Shown here one piece after another: positions 49,927 through 59,309 of a DNA stretch of 64,000 nt (position 1 is its first letter; every line of letters starts with the position of its first letter). This stretch comes from Oceanispirochaeta sp. GTDB taxonomy: Bacteria > Spirochaetota > Spirochaetia > DSM-2461. The stretch covers positions 736,001 through 800,000 of the forward strand of contig CAXXXD010000002.1 of the NCBI GenBank assembly GCA_963663385.2, written 5' to 3'. The translations under genes and the position numbers were made by a program. The notes beneath the pieces were generated by a model. That model made no database searches. It was not told the origin of the DNA and worked only from the letters and a program-made list of their open reading frames with translations.

Positions 49927-50157
49927 GTCTATTTGTATCATCCCCGCCGCAAAAGGGTAAAGCGGAACGGGGTGAAAGGTACAATGAATCCGCATTAATG
50001 ACAAAAAGAAGTGTAATGTCATTTTAAAGAATGCTTTCCCTCGTTTTGCATATAGACTACACGGATAAAATTCTTTAGTATTTCATTTTATATAACCAAT
50101 TTTATTTTTTTATTGCGGTATATGCATCGCAATATGCCGCAAATCAAGGAGAGCTTC

Positions 50158-51849
50158 ATGAGTTACGATTACAGGAAGTATAAACCCTTCCCACCAGTTT
50201 CACTGCCTGACAGGACATGGCCGGACAAGGTCATTAAAACCGCACCCCAATGGTGCAGTGTTGATCTGAGAGATGGAAATCAGGCCCTACCCATTCCCAT
50301 GAATGTGGAAGAAAAACTGGAACTATTTGAGCTACTTCTAAAAATTGGTTTTAAAGAGATTGAAATCGGATTCCCCTCTGCGTCCCAGACAGAGTTTGAT
50401 TTTCTGAGAACACTTATCGATAGGAACCTGATTCCTGAGGATGTGACAATTCAGCTTCTCACACAGGCCAGAGAGCACCTTATAAGGCGTTCTTTCGAGG
50501 CCATAAAAGGCTGTAAAAATGTGATCATACATTTTTACAATTCCACTTCCACTCTGCAGAGGGATGTGGTTTTCCGGAAGAGCCGGAAAGAGATCATCGA
50601 TATTGCCGTAGAAGGGGCCAGGCTGATCAAAGAGATAGCCAGAGAACACCCGGAAACCAACCTCCGCTACGAGTACTCCCCAGAGAGTTTTACCGGAACG
50701 GAGCTGGACTTTGCCAGGGAAATCTGCGAAGCCGTGATGGATGTAATGGAACCGACCCCCGACAGCAAGCTGATCCTCAACCTTCCGGCTACAGTGGAGG
50801 GGCATACCCCCAATATTCACGCCGACCAGATCGAATGGTTCAGCAGGAATATTAAAAATCGGGACTGTGTCTCCATCAGCCTGCATGCTCATAACGACCG
50901 GGGAACCGGTGTGGCCGCAACAGAGCTGGCTGTTATGGCTGGTGCCGACAGGGTAGAGGGAACCCTCTTCGGAAACGGAGAGAGAACCGGAAACACGGAT
51001 CTAATGAATGTTGCGCTTAACCTGTATTCTCAGGGAATTGATCCTGAACTGGACTTCTCCAGGATGGACAGGATTGTGGAAATCTACAGGCGCTGTACAC
51101 GGATGGATGTCCATCCCCGTCACCCCTATGCGGGAGAGCTGGTCTACACCGCCTTTTCCGGGTCCCATCAGGATGCCATTAAAAAGGGACTTGACCGGTA
51201 CAATACGGAAAAACCTTTTCACTGGGAAATCCCCTACCTTCCTATCGATCCTTCCGACCTGAACAGAGAGTATGAAGCGATCATCAGGATCAACAGCCAG
51301 TCCGGTAAGGGGGGAGTCGCCTTCATTCTGGATTCCCAGTACGGTTACAAGCTGCCCAAGGCAATGCATCCCGAGTTCAGCAGTATAATCCAGAGGATCA
51401 CCGATGAAACCGGAAATGAGCTGAAGGGTGAGGAGGTCTATGAAGTATTCTCAAGGGAATACCTGGATGATTCGGGGCCCTATTCTCTGGTGGACTATGA
51501 GATCCATGCCAAGCTGGATTCCAAAAAGTCCGATGCGGAAAAACATGATGTGGGTATCCAATGTGCTCTCGATTATCATGGGGAAATCCTTCACCTGGAG
51601 GGACACGGAAACGGACCGATCGACGCTTTTTTCCATGCTCTTCAGGGATCAGGTGCCCCGAAAGTGGATTTCATCTCCTATGATGAGCATGCTCTGAGCG
51701 AAGGCGCCGATTCTCAGGCGGTTTGTTATATCGGAGTATCCGACTCGAAAGGCCGGCCCTTTTTTGGAGTAGGTGTAGACAGCAGCATCAATGCAGCGTC
51801 ATTAAAAGCGCTGCTCTGTGCGATAAACAGGATAGAAAAGAGAGCGTAA
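50158..51849 (+). CDS. leuA: 2-isopropylmalate synthase (yeast/actinobacterial type)
   Basis: WCSVDLRDGNQAL, YSPESF, LNLPATVE, SLHAHNDRG, FGNGERTGN, AFSGSHQDAI, RINSQSGKGG; RBS AAGGAG. Confidence 0.96.
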   Translation: MSYDYRKYKPFPPVSLPDRTWPDKVIKTAPQWCSVDLRDGNQALPIPMNVEEKLELFELLLKIGFKEIEIGFPSASQTEFDFLRTLIDRNLIPEDVTIQLLTQAREHLIRRSFEAIKGCKNVIIHFYNSTSTLQRDVVFRKSRKEIIDIAVEGARLIKEIAREHPETNLRYEYSPESFTGTELDFAREICEAVMDVMEPTPDSKLILNLPATVEGHTPNIHADQIEWFSRNIKNRDCVSISLHAHNDRGTGVAATELAVMAGADRVEGTLFGNGERTGNTDLMNVALNLYSQGIDPELDFSRMDRIVEIYRRCTRMDVHPRHPYAGELVYTAFSGSHQDAIKKGLDRYNTEKPFHWEIPYLPIDPSDLNREYEAIIRINSQSGKGGVAFILDSQYGYKLPKAMHPEFSSIIQRITDETGNELKGEEVYEVFSREYLDDSGPYSLVDYEIHAKLDSKKSDAEKHDVGIQCALDYHGEILHLEGHGNGPIDAFFHALQGSGAPKVDFISYDEHALSEGADSQAVCYIGVSDSKGRPFFGVGVDSSINAASLKALLCAINRIEKRA

Positions 51850-51859
51850 GGAGAAAACT

Positions 51860-52921
51860 ATGTCATATAAAGTAGCGGTTCTTCCCGGAGACGGGATCGG
51901 GCCTGAAGTCATGAAGTCGGCGCTGGATGTACTGGCCGCCGTGGAGAAAAAGTTCGGTTTCAAACTGGAACTGGAAGAAGGTCTGATAGGCGGATGTGCT
52001 TACGATGAGACGGGCGATCCCCTTCCTGAAGCCACAAAGAAAATCTGCCTTGCAGCGGATGCTGTTCTTCTGGGAAGCATCGGCGGTCCCAAATGGGACG
52101 GTCTTCCCCCTGAGAAAACCCCGGAGCTGGGAGGCCTTCTTGCTATTCGTAAAATGCTTAAACTCTATGCCAACCTGCGTCCGGCTGTGATCTACGAAGA
52201 ACTGAAAGCCATGTCGCCCCTGTCCGATAAGGTGCTCCGGGAAAAGGTTGATCTTTTAACAGTTCGAGAACTGGCCCATGGTATCTACTTCGGTGAACCC
52301 AAAGAGCTGAGCGATGACAGAGGCCTTGATACCATGGTCTATACAAGGGCGCAGGTCGAACGTATTGCCCGTCAGGGATTTGAAGCAGCCCGGAGAAGAA
52401 ATAAAAAACTCTGCTCTGTAGATAAGGCCAATGTCCTCTCCTCCTCCAAACTCTGGAGAAAGGTTGTGATTGAGGTGGCCAAAGACTACCCCGATGTGGA
52501 ACTGACTCATATGTATGTGGATAATGCGGCCATGCAGCTGATGCTGAATCCCCTGCAGTTTGACGTTATTGTTACCTCCAACCTCTTCGGTGATATTCTC
52601 TCCGATGAATCGGCCGCTATCTGCGGATCCCTGGGAATGCTGCCTTCCGCTTCTCTGGGAGAGAAGATCAGCCTTTTTGAACCATCCGGCGGAAGCGCCC
52701 CCGATATTGCAGGCAAAGGCATTGCCAACCCCATTGCCCAGATCCTTTCTCTGGCCATGATGCTGGAAATCTCCTTTAACCTGAACGATGCGGCCGCTGC
52801 CATCCGCAAGGCTATTGATGATTGTGTAACCGGCGGTATCCGTACCGGTGATATTGTGGATCCCGGTATGAAGGCTGTTTCCACAGAAGAGATGACAAAA
52901 GAGATTATCAGCCGGATCTGA
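51860..52921 (+). CDS. leuB: 3-isopropylmalate dehydrogenase
   Basis: LPGDGIGPEV, ANLRP, VDKANV, NLFGDILSD, EPSGGSAPDIAG. Confidence 0.96.
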   Translation: MSYKVAVLPGDGIGPEVMKSALDVLAAVEKKFGFKLELEEGLIGGCAYDETGDPLPEATKKICLAADAVLLGSIGGPKWDGLPPEKTPELGGLLAIRKMLKLYANLRPAVIYEELKAMSPLSDKVLREKVDLLTVRELAHGIYFGEPKELSDDRGLDTMVYTRAQVERIARQGFEAARRRNKKLCSVDKANVLSSSKLWRKVVIEVAKDYPDVELTHMYVDNAAMQLMLNPLQFDVIVTSNLFGDILSDESAAICGSLGMLPSASLGEKISLFEPSGGSAPDIAGKGIANPIAQILSLAMMLEISFNLNDAAAAIRKAIDDCVTGGIRTGDIVDPGMKAVSTEEMTKEIISRI

Positions 52922-52950
52922 TCTCTTTCTGATTTAGCGTAAACGTGCTG

Positions 52951-52983
52951 AAGGGCTGTCCGATTCCGGGCAGCCCTTTTTTT
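52951..52983 (+). terminator. Rho-independent terminator after leuB
   Basis: AAGGGCTGTCCG-attc-CGGGCAGCCC followed by T7. Confidence 0.85.
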
Positions 52984-53083
52984 CGATTCCTGATTTCCTT
53001 TATGGCAGTGACTCCCTGATTACCCTCCTTCAGTGCTGTTTCCACGACTCTTCTGATAGAAATGATCTTCTTTGAAGATTTTG

Positions 53084-53144
53084 TATGAATTAATATGAAT
53101 CCATATGAATTAACTTGATCGTATATGATCGTGTGTGTTATGCT
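53084..53144 (+). promoter_or_regulatory. Promoter overlapped by five 10-bp-period direct repeats
   Basis: TATGAAT at 53084, 53094 and 53104, CTTGATC at 53114, TATGATC at 53124; TTGATC (53115)-18 bp-TATGCT (53139) with a TGn extension. Confidence 0.6.
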
Positions 53145-53193
53145 GTCACTATATAACCAGTAGAGCGGCCCTGTTTTATAGTAAGGAGTTCAG

Positions 53194-54654
53194 ATGTCAG
53201 AAGTATTTGATGTAACAGTTATCGGAGCCGGAGTGACCGGTGCGGCCATTGCCCGGAAGCTTTCATCCTACAATTTGAAAACTGTCATTGTCGAAAAGGA
53301 GTGCGATGTCAGCTTCGGGGTGTCAAAGGCGAATTCCGGGATCATTCACGGCGGATTCCACCATGATTCCTCCTCCCTGAAATCCCGTCTGGAGGTTAAG
53401 GGAAATATTATGTTCGATCAGCTGAAGGAAGAGCTGCACTTTCCTTTTACCCGCTGCGGCATTGTAGTGGCGGCCTTCAATAACGAAGAGATGCGAACCG
53501 TTGAAAAACTTTATGAAAACGGTGTGAATAACAAGGCTGTAGGCATTGAATTGTGTAATCACGAGCGGATACTTGCCCTCGAACCCAAATTGAATCCCGA
53601 TGTAACGGGCGGTCTGTATGCTCCGGGAGGAGGGATTATCGAGCCCTACCGTTTTGTCTTTGCTCTTATGGAATCAGCCGGAAAGAACGGGGTTGAACTT
53701 CTGAAAGGTTTTCGGGTCGTCAGGGGGGTGCTGAAGGGAGACTATTATGAGATAAGCGCCGAAGACAGCCGGGTTATCAGGTCCAGATGGGTTGTGAATG
53801 CGGCAGGGCTGTACTGTGATCAGGTTTCCAGAGCCTTTCAGGCGGAAGAGTACGAGATTAAAGCCCGAAAGGGAGAGGAGTTTCTGCTGGATAAAAACTC
53901 ACCCGCCTATACAAGCCGGGTTGTTTTCCCGGCCCCTTCCAGAAAATCCAAGGGGATGCTGGTTATTCCCACGGTGGAGAAGACCACCATGGTGGGACCC
54001 ACAGCTGAAATGGTTGAGGACAAAGAGGATGCCGCCACATCCCGGGAGAATTTCTTCAAGATCTTTTCCAGTGCCAAAAGGCTGGTACCGGCAGTTTCGG
54101 AAAGGGATATTATCACCTCCTTTACCGGCCTCAGGCCGACTCTGGAGGGGGAGGATTTTTATATCAGCCCTTCCGGTAAAATCCCCCGTTTTATTCAGGT
54201 GGCCGGGATTCAGTCTCCTGGCCTGACCGCCTCTCCGGCTATTGCGGATTATGTGAAGGATATTCTGAAGAAACAGGGGCTTCGGCTGGTTGAAAAGCCG
54301 GATTATGATCCCCATATCGATAGGGTCCCCCGTTTTCATAACAGCAGCCGGGAAGAAGTGGACAGGCTGATAAAGGAAAATCCCGCCTACGGGGAAATCA
54401 TCTGCCGCTGTGAAAGTATTTCAGAAGCAGAGATTGTTGCCGCTATCCGGCAGGGTCATACGACTCTGGATGGAATCAAGTTCTATACAAGAGCCATGAT
54501 GGGGCGCTGCCAGGGTGGATTCTGCACCTATAAGATAATGAAAATTATCTCCCGGGAGACGGGAATCCCCATGGATGAGATCACAAAAAGGGGCGGATCC
54601 AGCTGGATTGTTAATAAAAAGGTGGGGGATTATCCCCTGGGAAAAGAATCATGA
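53194..54654 (+). CDS. FAD-dependent oxidoreductase with C-terminal BFD-like [2Fe-2S] domain (glycerol-3-phosphate dehydrogenase-like)
   Basis: IGAGVTG, SKANSGIIHGG, NAAGLY, GIQSPGLTASPA, ICRCE...GRCQGGFC. Confidence 0.88.
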   Translation: MSEVFDVTVIGAGVTGAAIARKLSSYNLKTVIVEKECDVSFGVSKANSGIIHGGFHHDSSSLKSRLEVKGNIMFDQLKEELHFPFTRCGIVVAAFNNEEMRTVEKLYENGVNNKAVGIELCNHERILALEPKLNPDVTGGLYAPGGGIIEPYRFVFALMESAGKNGVELLKGFRVVRGVLKGDYYEISAEDSRVIRSRWVVNAAGLYCDQVSRAFQAEEYEIKARKGEEFLLDKNSPAYTSRVVFPAPSRKSKGMLVIPTVEKTTMVGPTAEMVEDKEDAATSRENFFKIFSSAKRLVPAVSERDIITSFTGLRPTLEGEDFYISPSGKIPRFIQVAGIQSPGLTASPAIADYVKDILKKQGLRLVEKPDYDPHIDRVPRFHNSSREEVDRLIKENPAYGEIICRCESISEAEIVAAIRQGHTTLDGIKFYTRAMMGRCQGGFCTYKIMKIISRETGIPMDEITKRGGSSWIVNKKVGDYPLGKES

Positions 54655-55913
54655 AAAAGATTACCAAAGAAGTTCTTGTCATAGGCGGCGGTTCCGCCGG
54701 AATGGCCGCTGCAGCCGAAATTTCAGAGAAGGGGCATTCTGTTGTCATTATTGAACGGGAATCCACCATGGGCGGTATCCTCAATCAGTGTATTCACAAC
54801 GGGTTTGGTCTGCACCGCTTTAAAGAGGAACTGACCGGTCCGGAATATGCCGAAAAATACATCGGTATCATAAAAGGACTGGGTATTGAATACTATACGG
54901 GAACAACCGTATCCGAAATTGAAGATAGGGGGGATTATAAAGTTGTTTATGCCTTTTCTTCCGTTAACGGAATGCTGGAAATAACCGTACAGGCCATTGT
55001 CCTGGCTATGGGGTGCCGTGAAAGAAACCGGGGGAATATCGGTACCGCCGGAACCAGGCCCTCCGGAATCTATACGGCGGGCCTGGCCCAGAGGCTGGTC
55101 AATGTGGACGGCCTGATGCCAGGATCAAGGTGTGTGATTGTAGGCTCGGGCGATATCGGTCTGATTATGGCCAGACGGATGTCCTGGGTGGGAGCGAAGG
55201 TCAGCGCTGTGGTGGAGATTCAGCCCTATCCGGCAGGTCTGACCAGAAATATCGTTCAGTGTCTGAATGACTTTGATATTCCCCTCTACCTCTCCCATGT
55301 GGTATCCCGGATTTATGGAAAGGACCGGGTGGAAGGCGTGGATATTACCCCTCTGAAAAACGGTATGGAAATGGTAGAGGATACCTTTCATGTGGAGTGC
55401 GACACCCTTCTTCTCTCCGTGGGGCTCGTCCCGGATAACGAAGTGTCACAGAAAGCGGGGGTAGAAATCAACAAAGAGACCAGCGGTCCCCTTGTTGACA
55501 GCAGGCTGATGACCAGTGTGGAGGGGATTTTTGCCAGCGGCAATGTGCTGCATGTTCACGATCTGGTGGATTATGTCACTGAAGAGTCACAGCGCTGCGG
55601 GACTTATGTTTGCGAATATCTTGAAAACAGAAAAGAGCAGGAACAGTATTCCATTACGCCCGGGAGCAACCTAAAATATGTTGTTCCCAATAAGTTTGCA
55701 GCCGGAAGGGATAATAAATTTTATATGCGGAGTATGATTGTCAAGAATCAGGCCCAGCTTGTTCTTACTCTGGACGGGAAAGAGATCGTACGAAAAAAAC
55801 AGACTCACATTCAGCCGTCCGAGATGATCAGCTATACCCTGAAAAAAGAGGACCTTCCACAGGAAGCATTAAATGAAGACAGCTGTCTGGAAATCAGTCT
55901 GATGGAATCATAA
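54651..55913 (+). CDS. NAD(P)/FAD-dependent oxidoreductase, partner subunit
   Basis: IGGGSAG, GGILNQCIHNGFG, ELTGPEY, GCRER, GSGDIGLIMARR, GNVLHVHDLVD. Confidence 0.88.
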   Translation: MKKITKEVLVIGGGSAGMAAAAEISEKGHSVVIIERESTMGGILNQCIHNGFGLHRFKEELTGPEYAEKYIGIIKGLGIEYYTGTTVSEIEDRGDYKVVYAFSSVNGMLEITVQAIVLAMGCRERNRGNIGTAGTRPSGIYTAGLAQRLVNVDGLMPGSRCVIVGSGDIGLIMARRMSWVGAKVSAVVEIQPYPAGLTRNIVQCLNDFDIPLYLSHVVSRIYGKDRVEGVDITPLKNGMEMVEDTFHVECDTLLLSVGLVPDNEVSQKAGVEINKETSGPLVDSRLMTSVEGIFASGNVLHVHDLVDYVTEESQRCGTYVCEYLENRKEQEQYSITPGSNLKYVVPNKFAAGRDNKFYMRSMIVKNQAQLVLTLDGKEIVRKKQTHIQPSEMISYTLKKEDLPQEALNEDSCLEISLMES

Positions 55914-55938
55914 TCAAAAGGGAAACGAGGAGAAAAGT

Positions 55939-56313
55939 ATGAAAAAGAGCATGATCTGTATCAGCTGCCCCATCGGGTGTCATCTGACGGTTTCCTGCAG
56001 TGACAGTGAAACTGTTACCCCTGAGACCATTCAGGTGGAGGGAAATAAATGCCCCCGGGGGATAATCTACGGCAAAGAGGAGATATTCGCTCCCAAACGG
56101 GTTGTTACCGCAACCTGTGCCATTGAATCGGGGCTGATGGACCGTATACCTGTAAAATCCACCGGAGCCGTAATGAAAGAGGATATCAACGGACTTCTGA
56201 AGGAGCTGTATCAGATGCGGCTGACGGCGCCCGCAAAAATGGGAGATGTGATTATCCGTGACTATAAAAAATCCGGTGTGGATATTGTCACCACCCGGTC
56301 ATTGCTGAGTTAA
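55939..56313 (+). CDS. DUF1667-like small Cys protein, third subunit of the trio
   Basis: CISCPIGC...GNKCPRG..Y...E...P.R motif. Confidence 0.85.
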   Translation: MKKSMICISCPIGCHLTVSCSDSETVTPETIQVEGNKCPRGIIYGKEEIFAPKRVVTATCAIESGLMDRIPVKSTGAVMKEDINGLLKELYQMRLTAPAKMGDVIIRDYKKSGVDIVTTRSLLS

Positions 56314-56576
56314 AACCTTTTCCCTACACCTTCGGGGGAAGGTGTGTTATTAAAGTTACTTCTCCCCATGAGGGGAGACCGAGAGGGGTCTGGCCTGTCA
56401 GTAGTAGTAATACAAATTTCCGCTTATATCGAAGGATGTTACACCCACCCCATAAATATTAAAATCCATTTCCAGCCTTTCCGGGTCGCAATAAGTAAAA
56501 TTGATGTCCCACCCCGTGCTGGCCTGGATCTCATTGCTAAGTTAAAAACCATTTCCCTTCACCCTTCGGGGGAAGG
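56299..56576. repeat. About 45-bp imperfect direct repeat (56299-56342 and 56531-56576) with BoxC-like hairpins
   Basis: tcattgctgagttaaaa-ccttttccctacac-cttcgggggaagg vs tcattgctaagttaaaaaccatttcccttcacccttcgggggaagg (3 substitutions, 2 indels). Confidence 0.8.
56398..56541 (-). pseudogene. Orphan alternative C-terminus of the adjacent lipoprotein
   Basis: LSNEIQASTGWDINFTYCDPERLEMDFNIYGVGVTSFDISGNLYYYY* vs lipoprotein end NEIEAQAGWPINFDMNTEETLVVDFTIQDAGGTYNINGKLYYYR* (about 22/45 identical); preceded by an in-frame TAA. Confidence 0.85.
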
Positions 56577-56608
56577 GTTAGGGATGGGGGTCTGAGAAGG
56601 GGGTTCTT

Positions 56609-58231
56609 TTATCGATAATAATAAAGCTTTCCATTGATATTATATGTACCACCGGCATCCTGAATAGTAAAATCAACTACAAGGGTTTCCTCTGTATTCA
56701 TATCAAAGTTGATAGGCCATCCGGCTTGAGCTTCTATCTCATTCGGTGAATTGTCAGGATGTCTGAACCAGACCATATCATCTACAGTATCAAGAGTCGT
56801 ATAACCGCTGGTATCACCGATGGTTATGGGAAAAGATCCGTCTGTTTCCAGCTCAATTCCATGATCGCCTGATATTGTAAAGTTCAGGGTAGCGCCTTCT
56901 GCTCTTGTTGTAAACTCTGCCGATACATCACTTGAATAGAAGTATTGGTTTGGTATGGAATTAATCATTCCCGTATATTGAACGGCATGATATTTCTGCG
57001 GCGTACTGCTGGAGCCGGTTTTATATAACAGATTCATATTAACAGCATCTGTATCGTAACTGCCGCTGTCGGAAATATTAAAACTGAAGTTTTGAACCTC
57101 ACCCAAGTTAACATCATCCCAACCGGGGAATTTGGGGTAGCGTACTTCCATGCCGATACTGTCATTTATGGCTGTTGAACCTCCTCCGAAATAATCCGTC
57201 CCATTATGATTTGATGATACATTCCATCTGTTGAATGTTGAATCATAGCTAATGTTATGGGATGTTCCGATACCGCTGGAACGATTAATAAACAGATTGT
57301 AATTCAGGTTTGTGTCATAAGAACCATAACTGTCATTGAATGTATAAAAAGCATAGATAAAGTTCTCATCCTGAGCCAGATATATCTCATTATAATCTGA
57401 ATTGTACTGACTATAACCGTCTGTTTCGTCCGGATCAGTATACCAGGGAGAAATGGAAGCCCAGTCCTCATTGTTTCCATCTATAACCGGAGTCAGTACG
57501 GGTAAATTCAAAACGGACTGATCAATATCCGGATCGGTCTGCCAGGTGGGTCTGAGTACGAAGGAAGGGGCATTATCCGTATCGTCCACGGTTCTGCTCT
57601 CACTCTCGTACCACATGTCCACATTCAGTTCATAAGCGGTCCCGTATTCCAGGTTCTCCAGGTAGCTCCCCTTGTAGATGGCCACCTCCAGGGCGTTGGC
57701 GTCCGTATCCATCCCGGCAAAGCGGATCTGGGGATTGGCAATATTCGTCCACTCCCAGCTTGTGGATTCATTCTTGTACCCCATCCAGGTATTGTACGAA
57801 CCGTTTATATCATGGCTCATACTGAAAATCTGAAGATGGCTGCCGTGACCTTCCTCATCAACTTCAGGTCCGTTCATATTAACATGAATATGCAGCTCTT
57901 CTGTCTGACAGGGAGGGTAACCGTGGGTTGATATATAGAGGTAAATATTGTTGGCGTCCTCCGCTATTTTTATCTGGTACAGGTCTCCCCCGTCGGGCAT
58001 TTCGGTACCTTCGGCAAGATCTCCTTCGGAGTCCACGTAAACCGGGGATATGGCGTCCCAGTCCGCGGTATCACCATCAATTACAAGACCTTCCGCACTG
58101 GCAATTTCTCCGGAACTGACGTTCCGGTCCGGGTCATAGGGGTTGTCGAACTCGTAGTCATTATATAAAAAGCACCCTCCTGCCAGAGTCAGGGTCAGGA
58201 GGGCCGCTAGAATATAAGGTGATCTTTTCAT
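56609..58231 (-). CDS. Acidic surface lipoprotein with two DOMON/CBM9-like repeats
   Basis: Lipobox LAGGC, DNPYDP linker, two 'VIDG...DW..ISP.Y.D...D...I..A.D.N.IY' repeats. TGCTATAAT sits just upstream of ATG 58231 (possibly leaderless; ORF track starts at 58240). Confidence 0.8.
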   Translation of the reverse strand: MKRSPYILAALLTLTLAGGCFLYNDYEFDNPYDPDRNVSSGEIASAEGLVIDGDTADWDAISPVYVDSEGDLAEGTEMPDGGDLYQIKIAEDANNIYLYISTHGYPPCQTEELHIHVNMNGPEVDEEGHGSHLQIFSMSHDINGSYNTWMGYKNESTSWEWTNIANPQIRFAGMDTDANALEVAIYKGSYLENLEYGTAYELNVDMWYESESRTVDDTDNAPSFVLRPTWQTDPDIDQSVLNLPVLTPVIDGNNEDWASISPWYTDPDETDGYSQYNSDYNEIYLAQDENFIYAFYTFNDSYGSYDTNLNYNLFINRSSGIGTSHNISYDSTFNRWNVSSNHNGTDYFGGGSTAINDSIGMEVRYPKFPGWDDVNLGEVQNFSFNISDSGSYDTDAVNMNLLYKTGSSSTPQKYHAVQYTGMINSIPNQYFYSSDVSAEFTTRAEGATLNFTISGDHGIELETDGSFPITIGDTSGYTTLDTVDDMVWFRHPDNSPNEIEAQAGWPINFDMNTEETLVVDFTIQDAGGTYNINGKLYYYR

Positions 58232-58427
58232 GTTTTTCATTATAGCAGAGGATCTTACCAGACTCTATGTTAAATTTAAACAAGCCCGTCATTTCCAATG
58301 GTTCTTCTGTCAGGAATTAGAGATAATCCGGTTAGTGAACGGTTGACTTTTACCTGTTCCGTTAAGGTTTGTTAACATGGGCGGTTTTTCTTTGACTAAA
58401 TGGCGGTTCTGTTTTTAATGTGTTTTT

Positions 58428-59309
58428 ATGGACCAACTGGATCAATTGGAAAGCATCGGCATCCGCATCCTCCGGGAAGCGTATGCCAACTTCAGGAACC
58501 TGTGCATGCTCTGGTCAATCGGCAAAGACAGCACCGTCCTCCTGTGGCTGGCCCGTAAAGCCTTCTACGGTCATGTCCCTTTTCCTCTGGTGCACATCGA
58601 TACCCATCATAAAATCCCGGAGATGATCGAGTACCGGGACCGTCTGACCAGGGAGTGGAAACTCCCCATGGTTTACGGGGAGAACGCGGAAGCCCTCGAA
58701 GCCAAACAAACCTTCCCGGACGGGAAGGCCGACCGTCTGACCTGCTGCCGGCTGCTTAAGGCGGAAGCCCTGAAGAATACCCTGAACGGAAGCTGGAAGC
58801 GCTACCGTTTTGATCATAACGCCGACCGGTATGCTCCGGATGAAGACACAGAGATGTATACCGGTGTCATCGTGGGCGTCCGGGCGGATGAAGAGGGCTC
58901 CCGTTCCAAGGAGAGGTATTTCAGCCCCCGGGACAGGGAGAATATCTGGGATGTGGGGGACCAGCCCCCCGAGTTCTGGAACCAGTTTAAAACGGATTAT
59001 GCTCCGGGAACCCATGTCAGGATCCATCCCCTTCTGGACTGGACTGAGCTGAATATCTGGGAGTATATCCAGAGGGAGAGTATCCCGACGGTCTCCCTCT
59101 ATTACAACCGGGGGGACGGCAAACGCTACCGGTCTCTGGGCTGCGGCCCCTGTACGGTTCCCGTGGAATCGGATGCCAGGACTGTGGCGGAAATTATCGA
59201 AGAGCTGAAAACCGGCAGGTTCGCCAATATAGCCGAGCGGTCCGGTCGGGCCCAGGACAAGGATGACGGGGGCGGTCTGGAAACCCTCAGGCGGGACGGG
59301 TACATGTAA
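58428..59309 (+). CDS. cysD: Sulfate adenylyltransferase subunit 2
   Basis: WSIGKDS PP-loop, [43 protein letters not shown]. Confidence 0.95.
   Translation: MDQLDQLESIGIRILREAYANFRNLCMLWSIGKDSTVLLWLARKAFYGHVPFPLVHIDTHHKIPEMIEYRDRLTREWKLPMVYGENAEALEAKQTFPDGKADRLTCCRLLKAEALKNTLNGSWKRYRFDHNADRYAPDEDTEMYTGVIVGVRADEEGSRSKERYFSPRDRENIWDVGDQPPEFWNQFKTDYAPGTHVRIHPLLDWTELNIWEYIQRESIPTVSLYYNRGDGKRYRSLGCGPCTVPVESDARTVAEIIEELKTGRFANIAERSGRAQDKDDGGGLETLRRDGYM

Noticed and set aside
56344..56595. 83-aa plus-strand ORF
   Set aside because: It spans repeats and is the antisense reading of the orphan lipoprotein tail; no RBS.
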